From Sphaeroforma arctica JP610 (lineage: Eukaryota), in the NCBI RefSeq assembly GCF_001186125.1, contig NW_014040548.1, positions 94,873-136,841 on the forward strand: DNA of 41,969 nucleotides. The letters run 5' to 3'. Both the position numbers and the translations under genes were made by a program. The notes under the pieces were generated by a model. The model did no database searches. It was not told where the DNA came from and saw only the letters and a list, made by a program, of their open reading frames with translations. Of this stretch, positions 24,203 to 36,600 are shown one piece after another; position 1 is the stretch's first letter; every line of letters begins with the position of its first letter.

Positions 24203-27200
24203 GGTCCTGGTACGGCCGAGAAGCAAGTTCTGGTGTCAAGGTTTCAGACTCTGTACGACTCAAATGTTATAACTACACCCGTGAAGGGTAAGCCCTATCT
24301 AGATGCATCTCCCACAGCGATTACAAATACTATGTCATGGTTGATGGGGTTGTCGATAGCTTTAATTTTTGGACTACAAGAGGGCGAGGTTATGAAGTAT
24401 ATCAAAATGGTAAGTTCTGTGGTGTTGTGTATATTGGAGAAGAAATCTGAACGGAAGTTGCAAGTTGAGCATTGATGGTTATATGTACCTTTCGTGCTTG
24501 ATATACAAAATAGAAAGACAGTTGTTCTAAACTTGTAGATTTTTTGCAACCATAATACAGCCAATCCGACGAATTGTGTTTGATGTTTCTTGTGAATGTG
24601 TTTGTGATCATGTGCCTGTTTATCATCCTCGCAGCTGTGTCCAAGTTTCATTTGTTTGTTTATTTGTTTAATAATATCTTCAGATACTTATGCTTTGCAG
24701 CCAATCCCTCTCCCAACCACTCATCATACTCTCTTCATTCTTCAGATTTACAACCCCGCCAACCTGATGGCTTTTGCGCCGGCTGCCATTGGATGGTGTC
24801 TGGCTGATGTCTTTGAGGTATAGCCCATTTAGTGTCACATATTTGAAGCTCGTTTCAATCTTGGCCCTACACTTAGACACACATTGGTGTATTTTCCTGT
24901 TAAGTGCCCCATAACACTGAGCTATGTTTGGCATAGTCACATTTGTTATTGCTCATTCAATACGACTCTTTACACTCATCGCAGGTACTCGCCAACACTG
25001 GACTGGACCCCACCACCTATGTGGTGTTATCTCAGGTATGCTGTCATCAGATTTCAGCAAAAGCCGTCTCAGTCTGTGCTAGAGTTGTTTGTCTAACTAA
25101 TTTTTGTTGGCTGACCAGTCCTTACCATTTGTACACCTTCATTTCGATCATTGAGGTCACGTGAGTGCTATTCAGCATGCTTGAGATATACCACTCTATC
25201 GCATCAATACCGGCGCTTCTGACCATTTGTTGCCACACCGCACATACTACCTTCCTCATCGCAGGCACGGCTTGTCATGACAGCGTTCGCCATGAAGGTG
25301 ATGCTGGGCCGTGAGCAAAGCTCCATTCAGTGGGGAATCCTCACTAGTCTTAGTGTGATTTTAATCGCTTATAATCTCATTGACCCCAAGTCCGGCGGAT
25401 CGGGCGACCAATCTCAGTGGTGGATGGGTTTCTTCGCAACCATTATCAAGGTGTTTGTATTAACGCGCTCGCTCACATAGAGAGACACGCTCGAAGACAC
25501 GTTTCCATGTAGAGCTTGAATCCACCGTCACTGTCGGATGCAAGCGAGAGCAAGCCTGCGACACTTCCCACCTATGTGCGCATGGTGGGTGGGGAAGCGC
25601 ATTTGCGCGCAATCGTATCTTAGACCTACCAATCATACACAGTTGATGCTGACATGACGTATCCTCACCTTTACTTGATCACAACGTGATAACAGGTTAC
25701 CCTGTCCGTGCTGTGCGGCGTGTATGGCGAGAAGTACTTCAAGGGCTATGGACATCTTCCCTTCTTTGGTAAGCACCGGTGATCGCATTAGAGAGAACAT
25801 GCATCGGGTGTTGAGCTGTTGCAGTGCGCACTTTTGTACTCGGCCATGAGCGCATGTTAGTTTATAACATAAGTGGTGCTTTGCAAACAATGTGCGCACT
25901 TTTCTAGCGAAGTTTCAACAAAGTGCAAGGGTGAGAACTCTCCTACTATTTATATGAGACGCTATTGATATCGCCATCTACTGCCAAAATGATGGGCGCA
26001 GAGTGATTATTGTTTGGCTTGAGTGTAGATAAACGAGAGCTAGGTCTTCTGGCGTCTGAATCTCATTAGAACTACGCAAATATCTATGTTTGTGCAGTGT
26101 ATGTGTACATGTGGGGCTCATCTCTTCTCTTCAGAGAGCTTATACAAACTACACACCTTTCTCCTCTGTATTCATCAAAGTATTCCTCTATACCTTGCCA
26201 TCCATACCCTCTTGTCACCCATAATCTCATACATGTCTCTATACGGCCACTTATCGCCCGGATGCGTTTGACTACACATGGCTCACTCCTCACATACCCA
26301 TACTTCCCACGCCAGTCCAAATTACGAACATCACCGCCGTGTCCTGTCCAGCGGGCTGGTGTATCCTTCCATTGGTGTCCTACATGCGTGACACTCCGCT
26401 ACAAACGTATGTCATCACAGTTTATTACTCTCTGTATGAACGTATGTCATCGCAGTTTATTACTCTCCGTATGAATATATATCATCGCAATTTATTATCC
26501 TCTGTATGAACATATGTCATCGCAGTTTGTTACTCTCTGTATGAACATATGTCATCGCAGTTTGTTACTCTCTGTATGAATATATGTCATCGCAGTTCAT
26601 TACTCTCTGTATGACAGTATATCATCGAACTTTATTATCCTCTGTATGTACGTATGTCATCGCATTTTATTGCTCCCTGTCTGAACGTATATCATCGCAG
26701 TTTATTGCTCTCTGTATGAATGTATATCATCGCAATTTATTATCCTCTGTATGAACGTATGACATCGCAGTTTATTACTCTTCGTATAATTGTATATCAT
26801 CGCAGTTTATTACTCTCTGTATGAACGTATGTCATCGCAGTTTATTACTCTCTGTATGAACGTACACATATACATGTTGTCTATGTCGGTCTAAAAGTTG
26901 TGCAAATATGGGAGTCAGAGTGGGTTGTCTGCCTTAAGGAGACCAGTGTCCGGGCAAATGTTTATCTGACAATCCCTATTATATTCGTATGCTACACATA
27001 TTCAATTCAAGACTGGTGTTTGACGGTGGAGTGTGTATTCATCTGTTAATCGTTTTCTCAACAGGTACGGGGTTTTCGGCGGCCCTGATGGATCGTGGAC
27101 TTGGGCGACTTGGGTATGTCTGCCACTTTGAAAAAAAAAACAAGCTGCCACTTTGAGACAAGCTACCGGATATACGACAACTTTAAGTCCTATCCTTTCT

Positions 27201-28022
27201 GATCATTGTAATAATCCAGATCAGGAAGAATTGTGGTAGGTGTTTGTTGTTCACTTTTATATTCACCTTGCAGGTTGTTGTAGGGCTCTACGTGACCCGT
27301 TTGTGGGTAACCAATTTGGCCGTCAAACGGTTCGACGCGCTTGTAAAGAATCTGTGCAACGCCGGTGCAGCCGTGCCCACTTACTTCATCGGCGTGTATG
27401 TGATGCACTCTATGGAGCTAGATATCCGCAAGGTATGTTCTAGTGTACATATCAGTACAGGTGAATGCAGTCTTGTATGTGTACCTGTTTGCCCGGGAGC
27501 GTATGAGTGTGTGTGGCTGTTATAGATATACTTGCGCACAGGGGTGGGATGTTTGGGGCTGGCCATGTCTTGCATCAGTATATTTCTCTCTCTCACCATT
27601 TGTCGCAGCCGATGCTCCATTCGGTGATCCACCTTTTGACACAGCTACGAGTATACGAAGCAAACTATATTTCGCACATATGCCGATCACGGTCGATCTC
27701 ACATTGTATTTTGGAATGCAAGATTCTCATACTTAGCATTTTTGCATCTAATCGCAAACTACAAATCTTTGTACTTGCAGACTGCGAGTTGGTCACTTTA
27801 TTGCAATCAAAGTACCTATGTTAGGCACTACACGTACACAAGATCTCGCGCACGTGCAGCGAATCACACATGCTTTGTGAAGACATCGGTATGGTTCTCA
27901 CATACCCGCATGGCTTGGCTCATCTTTGCGTGCTTTCTTCCTTGCAGGTGCTACTCATTGCTGCGGTAGTTATCGAAGTGGCGAACTTCTCGATGTCCAA
28001 GTCGTATGTAAAAGCAACCTAG
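24203..28022 (+). CDS. Nucleotide-sugar transporter (SLC35A-like, DMT superfamily), spliced; 5' end unresolved
   Basis: In-phase GT-AG exons ~24203/24241-24409, 24746-24817, 24985-25035, 25265-25450, 25696-25768, 26316-26406, 27065-27113, 27274-27432 and 27948-28022 (TAG). Motifs FAPAA, LDPTTYVVLSQARLVMTA...QW, LSVLCGVYGEKYFK, GVFGG and VKRFDALVKN. Confidence 0.88.
26405..26864 (+). repeat. 35-bp intronic minisatellite, ~13 copies
   Basis: Consensus ACGTATGTCATCGCAGTTTATTACTCTCTGTATGA, head-to-tail with no spacers. Confidence 0.95.
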
Positions 28023-28130
28023 AATTGTATACCGGGAGTTTGCTAGCAATCTATTATAAAATCCATCAATAAAAGTCTTTCAGTAGATATCATGTGCCAA
28101 ATCATGATTTATATTGATGGCTATGGTATG

Positions 28131-30370
28131 GACTACACTTCAGATCCTTCCATCAGGTTTTCGTATTGCCTTAGAGCATGCTGCGGCGTAGTTAGTCGGT
28201 GAGAAATCAACTCGCAGGCTCGATGCACATGTACGTAGCTTTTTGCCTACGCCTAGACACACCGATGAAAAGTTTCAAGAGGCCCGCTAATAACAAATTT
28301 GCGTGTGTCACCAGTGCTCTACTTGCGGTTTGTAGCTCAGTCGAGGCAAACTCAATCTCGGTTGAACCGAATTGCGCTTAGCGCACTGATAAAGAATAAT
28401 AACCGCTCCGTTATAGTCAATGAGGAGCCTTAATGACGATACAGTCTCATCAATCATGCTTCAGCTCAGTCTATTTCATCCGACAATTGATAGATACAGT
28501 TCGAATCAAACGGAAAATTATAATTCTTTCTGTAACAATAATAGCTTACACTTGGAATGACAAACCTCACGAATGATATGCGAAAACAAAAAGCAAACTT
28601 CTCCACAATCGTGTTTGGTTATAGAGGAAGTAGATGATTACTTAATTCCGGCCGGAATCAGCAAAACTTCTGCCAAAGATCCGAAGGTCCGAAGGTCGTA
28701 TGCCCACCCAGAGTGTGTAGTGTGTTTTAGGATTTTAGTTCTAGAGCCGAAGCTCATGGTGAAGCGCCGTCCGTGAAGCCCATCACATCTGCAGTGCGTT
28801 CATGCTTCGTTGCTCAATATTCTTTGCTGCTGAGCGTCTGCGCATATTCACAGCCCGAGCTACAATGAACCAGCAGCAACAGCAGCACAGCATGAGCAGA
28901 GCAGCAATATCCCTACCGATAAATAGCATATCAATTTTCTCCTGGGCTGCAGAGGTGGCATCTGCAGTAGCATTGTCGCCAGCAGTAGCAGCTTGAGGTG
29001 TAGCGCACTCCAGCCTCATTGTCCACGGCAGAAAAGTTGGTTTCCCGCGGTGTACACGCGGCCATAGGCATCGAAACCATACACCACAATCGACATATCG
29101 AATAGAGCATCTGAATAACTTCTCTACCTCACAGAAGTAATTCGTATTGATGACGGAGATATTAATCAATATTGGGGCACTCTGCGGGGTTACCATCATA
29201 ATCTTTTTCTTGACACGCAATCATTAGCCTGGAATCATTTGCCTCTATGGGCGAACACAAAAGTGAGTCAATGTGCCTCTATTAAAATTATTTACTATTA
29301 TTTATTCAACTTCGCTTGATGGCTTCGCGATGTACTATGAGAACCTATTTACAGCATAACATCCCAGAAATACACTATATATGCAAACGCAATTCAAATA
29401 CTATTTAAATGTATGTCTTGCATACATCTAATCCTTTCTGAGAACGTTTTCAGCACTCTCTCCGGCTCCTAACTCTTCATCGTCGTCTGCTCCGTGGTCC
29501 TTCACCATCGTAGCTACAATCCAGGTAGGTGGTACGAAAGTGTAGAGACTGAAGAGACACGTAGAGTTCAACCAACCTGCGCATACAAACCACTCTCTGA
29601 AAGAGCTGTATTTTTATTGTAGATCTGAAGTCAGGACAGCTGTTGGCCCGCAGCCCGACAAATATTGAGTGAGTATAATTTTTTGATTCGATAACTCATT
29701 TAATTGTGAAGTTATACCTTACAGAGCATTACACTGTGCACACCCTGGGTATTAGTAAATGTATACCCCAAGAGGGACACATACGATCTTCGGATCTTCA
29801 GATCTTTGGCAGGCGTTTCGCAGTTTACGGTCCAAATTGAGTGATCCTCTACTTCCACTATAGCCAAACATGATTGTGAAGAAGTTTGCATTTTTTCTCT
29901 TACATCATTCGTGAATTTTGTCATTTCAAGTGTCAGCTAGTATTCTTACAGAGAACTGTACCCTTCAGTTGATTCCAACTGTATCTATCAATTGACATAT
30001 AAACTGGATCGCTGAGCTGAAACAGGATTGGTGAGATCGTATCCTCACTAGAGCTCCTCACCACGGTAACGGGGCGACTGTTTCTTATGGTCCGTGCGCT
30101 GAGCGCATTTCAGTTCATCAGCCGAGATTGTGTTTGCCTCTATTGAGCTACAAACCACAAGTAGAGAACTGGCCACATCGCGCAAATATGTAATTAGCGG
30201 CCTTATTGGAAAATCCTGACATTCAGTATATATCCTAATATACATTCTTGCAGTCAGACCCTCTTAATTTTGCTGGTCCCCCAGCAGAAGCTATTTTTTC
30301 ACCAACTATCTACGCTGCATCATGCTCTAAGGCAATGCTGAAAACTCAGGGCAGGACCTGAAGTGAAGTC
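28131..30370. mobile_element. Pair of ~580-bp diverged inverted repeats (28131-28702 / 29780-30370) enclosing ~1.08 kb; probable DNA-transposon relic
   Basis: Reverse-complement blocks such as ATTGCCTTAGAGCATG, GGTTTGTAGCTCA, CAATTGATAGATACAGTT and CTGCCAAAGATC. Also visible as paralogous spurious ORFs on opposite strands. Confidence 0.75.
29110..29500 (+). pseudogene. Possible remnant of a hAT transposase C-terminal dimerisation domain
   Basis: E*LLYLTE...DINQYWGTLRG...LF...QSLAWNHLPLWANT, a GTGAGT donor, then SENVFSTL/RLLTLHRRLL; resembles YL.E...D...WW...P.L..LA...L...ATS...ER.FS.....T..R..L. Confidence 0.35.
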
Positions 30371-31667
30371 GCTACTATCGTTCCAATTTGAAACGTAGCA
30401 GATTGAACACTCGCGGGAGTTTATAGTTGAACTAGTGGACGTGTGGATAGTGAAGGCCACTGAGTATTTAGTGTTTACCCGCAATAGCCAGTCAATCATT
30501 CTGCAACGCAAGAGTAAAGTCTAGTTAGCACCGGTGAGTAGTGGGTCATAGAGTTGTAGTAAAATGGAGTTGCATTGAAGAATAAACGTTATATGCGTTA
30601 TAAAAGGTGGCTTCCGCTATTAAACAGCGGAACTGATCTGTCAATTTATAAAATCACCGCGTGAGCACAACTAAAAGCAAAACATGCATAAATGTTTGGA
30701 TCCATACATCCAATTGAAAGCAAATCATACAATATCATCTTACAAATACACGTTGGCATTGAGGCGCGGGGAGAGCTCAAAAGTTAAAAGTCCATTCTTC
30801 GTGCCCTAAATTCAGAATTAATTCGAAATCACATGTATATGGCAAAGAATGAGCCAAACGATTTCGGCTGAAAGACACGCAACACACCTCATTCCGACCA
30901 TTAGACATAGTCCGTTGCTTCGGCCGGGTTAGTAGAGGAAGCAGATATCTGTTAAAGATAGAAACAATCAGATAAATACTTCTGGAGGCCACTGCATATA
31001 TATATATATATATATATGCCTATACGAACATTTATTATATTTAACTCATGGACAATCTTATCGATATAGATACGTCCATACGAACACTCATATTCAACTC
31101 ATGGGCAAATATGTGCAATCAGCTTGGCACAGTTTATGGAAGAGAACGGCAGATTCTTAGTCAGTGGTACCTGAACAAAGATATTCAGATGGAAATAGGA
31201 ACGGTATAAAAATATGAAATCGCGGTATCGGGAATTCATACTTAAGTCATATATACATGTATTTATATTTAAAACACCCATCCATACACACGCAATCATT
31301 TTCTGATTCTTACAAACTGTCAATACATTCCGTAGGTGTACATATACACTCTTGCGTTAAACATACGCTTGATCGATGTTTCGTATCCATTTTAGAACAG
31401 CATTGGTTTGGTGATGTGCACCGGGAGTTGATTCTGAGGCTGATCTTCTGTGACCCTCTTCTATACTAAGCTCCTCGCGCCCATCTGTTTGGATCATATT
31501 AAAAGCTTCTGAGTTTTAAAATTGGTTTAAGTAGCTCGAAAAACTGCACTGAGATCACTAAGTATTCTACGATATTATGCAACAAGCATCGATATCAGAT
31601 ATACGCCAACCAGTCGACTCAGCTTCATCGAGTGTATCTCATAAAAAATCTGATGAGTGTCAGTGTG

Positions 31668-31767
31668 TCCACATACACAGACACAGACACACACATATAT
31701 ATAGGAAGATACAGGTATAGATACAGACACAGACACAGACACAGACACAGACACATATATATATATG
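31668..31767. repeat. (GACACA)n and (TA)n simple repeats
   Basis: Directly visible. Confidence 0.9.
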
Positions 31768-32404
31768 GATCTACAACCTCGCATGACTATTCTGCTGATG
31801 AGAACTTCTACCACGTAGATGAGAAAGTATATAGATTTACCGTGCATGAGGGGCATGCAACGAGCCATAGACTCTATAAGCATGCAACTTTAGTCTGATA
31901 AAAGCCAAGGGCACAGTTGGGGATTTGGGCCAAATGCGGCCACCTGTACATAGAAATCACTACTCCGCCAATAGTCAGAGAAGCTCCCTTCTCTGGGTCC
32001 CACAGCAGACATCCCAATCAGTCATGCAAGTATGCAATTGTTAAATCTTTGAGCTCACAAATCCACTCTACCCTATGTGCTTCCATAGTATACCCGGGCA
32101 AAGCGTTTGCGGGAACACAATCACTGTAGTCAAGGCGAATCATTGGAACAAATAGCAAACATACCCAATGATCTCTAACTCTTATTTGCGAGTATGACCG
32201 CACGCTTTATCAAGCACGCCGACAAAAAGTAGCAAACTTGACAAACGTACACACAACACGCAGAAACAAACTGACATCCACACCCACACCCACACAACGC
32301 ATACCAAACACACCCACAACCACACCAACACTCACACACCAACGGTGTCGTGAAGCGAATTCCCACTCCGCCGCACTAGTGACCTCCCGCGCTCTCTATA
32401 CGGT

Positions 32405-32800
32405 TCGTCAGAATCATCATCTGAGCCCTCAGTTGCATTTTGGTGTACGGGCGAGTACTGTGTACTGCTGCAGAATATAGAAAAAGACAAAGGTGGCGGT
32501 ACGATGTTGAGGTAATCTCAGTTGTGTTCAAGCGTGTTGTTCAAGTTACAGGTCCAGGCGTATGTACGAGCCGTCATTATCCTTATTTGAGCCTTCCGCT
32601 ACATTTTGGTGGAAGGGAGAGTACTGCACTACTAGAGAAGGTAGGCGGTGGTAGTATAAAGCTGAGTTTGGCGTAGTTATGTCCTGACCTAGTGAGTGCG
32701 CACGAGGCGCTTGTGTCATCATATGAGCCCAAAGCTACATATCGAGTTATGGGAGAGTATTGTGCCGTAGAATGTATGGGATGGTGTGAGGTTGAGTTTA
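32405..32800 (+). repeat. Three highly diverged ~150-bp direct repeats
   Basis: TGAGCC...CAT...GGG(A/C)GAGTA(C/T)TG...TGAG pattern at ~32420, ~32585 and ~32722. Confidence 0.5.
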
Positions 32801-33307
32801 GCCGAGTGATGTTCTGGCTTGATGTTCACATGCATACCTTCAGGTGTGTGCATGACGTGACAGAAACATCGTCGTACCGTATGATACTGGAGCGTGTGAG
32901 AGATGGTACATTATCCTGCCGGAGTCCATAAATTAACATTAAAACCACCTGATAACTAAAATACGCAACAGTAGCTTTTATGGGGGTTTTGTGAGTTGTA
33001 ATAGGTTAAGGCAGCCTGTACGACCAATGTACCGTTTGAATATATTTATGTGATGCTGTAAAATAAGAGTTGCCCTCATCACCCGATGGCACAACAGGCG
33101 TATCAAAGACGGTATTGCGTGGTATATTCAATCGGATAACTCAGCTTTGCATTCATCGTGGTCACTTTATGATCTATCTACGTCTGTGTATATATGAACA
33201 CGCACATTCACACACATGTACCACACAACAATAAACATAGAAGTTGTGACTCGATGGTATAAGTATGATCACGATAACTTGTAAACAAGAAAAGTTCTCA
33301 CACCGTC

Positions 33308-33622
33308 TTACCTCGTGGCGCTTGGGGCTGTATCTAACAGACTTAATCGCTTAAGCAGAGCACCGGTCGAACCACCCAATACAAAAACAGTGAACATCAC
33401 AACCACCTGCAGAAGGAGCGGTATTGAACGTCAGGAAGGTGTTGCAAAAGTATGAACAATGAACACAATAAAGATATTTGAAGTAGGGTTAGTATGAGAG
33501 TGACTCCTGAATGCAATTTGGCTATTCATGTGCGAATGCACATGAAGTGTATATGTGAATATACGATAAAAAAATGGATCAAAGTTCAATTGAAGTTGAT
33601 TATAATCAAGTTTGTACTCTAC

Positions 33623-33661
<39 letters not shown>

Positions 33662-36600
33662 AGAATATAAGCATGCGGGTATAAGCATGTATCTATTACA
33701 CAGCTATATACACATTTACCGCTGAGATGTTTGTACATATATCCTTATTTGAGTGTGTATATACGTAAATGTATTTGAGTCAAACACGCCTGAAAGATAC
33801 ACATACAATTACAATGTGTGAATTTATATACCTGAGGCAATATCCGACACGTACACACTTCTGAATATACAAAAAAAATCATGTTCGGAATATCGCGATA
33901 CCTACCACTTTTATGCGGACATGTAGATTATTACATAAGATAACTCTTCTAGATTACGAATTGAGTCAAACATAGTCGTGCGTTCGTTCTACATCAGGTG
34001 AAATGAAGTGATCATAATTGGACACCCAAGTCGGACCCTCTCGTAAAGATTATCCATTGTTAAAAATTAAAAGCTGCACAACATAGTTGGTATACATATA
34101 CTATCTATAGATGCTACGGGTGCACTCTGAGCGCTTCGGGTGCCACGGATTTTGTAGTCCTGTTGCGGCAGAACATGCTTCCAGGGACACAGGCGCACAT
34201 ATGAATAGATTAACATTTGTACGTACAGATCCGCACACAACTACTTACCAACACACACACATTTTCAAGCACACCTACCCTCGAGCAGACCTGAGAATGT
34301 ACACACACACACACACACGTAAAAACATACCGACCCACAAGTAGAGCCGAAAGTGTACATATACGTGCATGGTCACAACGACCACTGAAGAATCACATAA
34401 CAGTCTACTGAAGAATCATATGATAGTTTAGCCCTCCATAGTGCACTCGGTAAAACGTACCTGTACGGTCGATCTGATTCCCAGCTTTCCTGTGTAGTCG
34501 TAGTTGACTGCCAAACCATAAGACACGGCGCCTCTAATGCCCGCATGGCACATAAGTACCTGCATCTCCTTAGTAATCGGCTCACTGCGCACCAAGTTGC
34601 ACATCGCCGCGACTGGGAAGATGTTGAAGGCCCTCCCTATCATACACGCCAGGATGGCTACCGCAATCACACCTGCAGAAACAAGTAGAGAGGGGCATAG
34701 TGAGGGCAGGACATGGATACAACACTCGCGCACGCACCGAAGGTCACTGGAACCTCATCCGATAGTAACGTTTTGGGTCTGGCCGAGTCAGGTTGTAGAA
34801 GACTGCCGAGCCGCGTCAGTTAGACAAATTATCAACTCAAATAGAGAAATAAAAGATGATATCCGGCTAATTGTACTGGAGCGATAGATCAGGCTGCCGA
34901 AAAGCACACCCAAGTCGCAACTAACGGATTCTACCGGATCCTGAGAGAAGTTCAGTGACCATGGGGTAATGATGTCTACGGGATCCCAATGTTTAGGAGT
35001 TGATAGCTACAAGACAGAAGACGATCACAAACGTGCAGCTTTTGTGCAGTGGACACCAACGCCATAGACTGATCACGATCTATCACTAGGCAAATCACGC
35101 ATCCGTGCTTTCTGGGGCGAATAAATAACAGACTGGACAACTGCACACCTAGCTTGCACGCGTACATATTCATCCAGGGAGAGTGAACATACGGACGATA
35201 ACACAATCATTGGCTGAAGTGCACGCGGACATCGCACAAATTATGCAGTCAAGACCATAGAACGACAAATACCTGCTTGGTACTTGTCAGTCCCCACCGG
35301 GAAGACCGCCAACCCAACGTACAGGAACACAAAAGCTTCCATGAACTCAGCCAAGACTTTGAATAGCAGCACACTGCCATTGCGGGCAGTCTCTGTAAGA
35401 TTGTGCCACGCGTAGTGGCGTGCCGTGCATCTGCAGTGGATGAGTATGCGTTGGCTGAGTATATATCTACCAAGCACTCGGGGGGGGGGGGGGGGGGGGG
35501 GCTGGTTATGAGCGTTATTTACTGTGTCATGGATTTGCTGAGTTGTAACTGCGTGAATTGATCGTATCACACATGGCATGCTCGAAGAGTCACCCATAGT
35601 GACAAACTTGTATAAGAACGCGTAGTGCTCATAAAAACACCGTACTTTCCCCTATGTATCCGCCAAAGCACTCTACAATGATAGCTTAAGGATGCTCACG
35701 TAAAAAACCATCCACGTGTACTTGGGACAAAGTATACTCCTATATAGACACCTCTATACCCTCCTACGCAGATTCAACGACTTATCCCCAAATTCGCCCA
35801 ACCATCAAGTTGACCACGTACACAAAACCAGACTCAAGCCCAGATAATCACACCTGTACACTCGACCCGTCTTTCAACATTGAGCAGTATCCCGCTCACC
35901 TATCACTCTACGCACCTTGACAAAGTAGAAATTGACAATCAACACACAAACGCGTAGCCGACCCACACTAAACCTACCCATAGAAAAATATGGCCACAAT
36001 GCCCGAGAAGTCCAGGCCTTGGCAGATGATATACCCCAGATAAGCGACCAATAGCATTACGATAATCTGCGCCGTGGCGGTGGTGGCTGGTATCATCTTG
36101 AGTGTCATAGACACTCCCATCGCCGATAAAACTGTGAAAGGCAGATTTGAGGGATATCAGACATTTGTTTTAAGGTCAAACTGGTGCGTCAAGTGAACTT
36201 GCTGTGCGAGTACTCAGGAGCATTCTTAGTTTCAAAGATCACGCACACACACATCTGGTAAACCCAGAATGAAAACGTCACATACAAACCTCTAATAAGT
36301 GTCGAGGGGGTAACAGTCAGCGCAAAATGCTACCCTTCAGCAAAGGTGAAGGTATCCTCATAGAAGGCTGTGAGCACCGTGGCACCAGCGACAAAGGAAA
36401 ATCGAAATACGCACACACTCAGATAAACACACACACAACCACAAACACATACACTCAACAAGTGTAGAGGCGATGAAGATCAGCATTTTAGAGTTTGGTG
36501 AAAGGCTCCTCATCGAAGGTTGTGTACACAAATACATAAACAGCGACAAAAGAATATGCACACACATGAACAAGCGCACAGATATGCACACATACATACC

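Noticed and set aside
26097..26135. Extra transporter exon needing a non-canonical GA donor
   Set aside because: Exon 25696-25768 splices in phase directly to 26316 (LPFFVQITN), so no extra exon is required.
26405..26864. 35-bp repeat array as a CRISPR locus
   Set aside because: Units are head-to-tail with no unique spacers, lie in a spliceosomal intron, and no cas genes are present.
35480..35501. 22-nt poly-G run as a functional G-quadruplex
   Set aside because: Intronic homopolymer of unreliable length with no other support.
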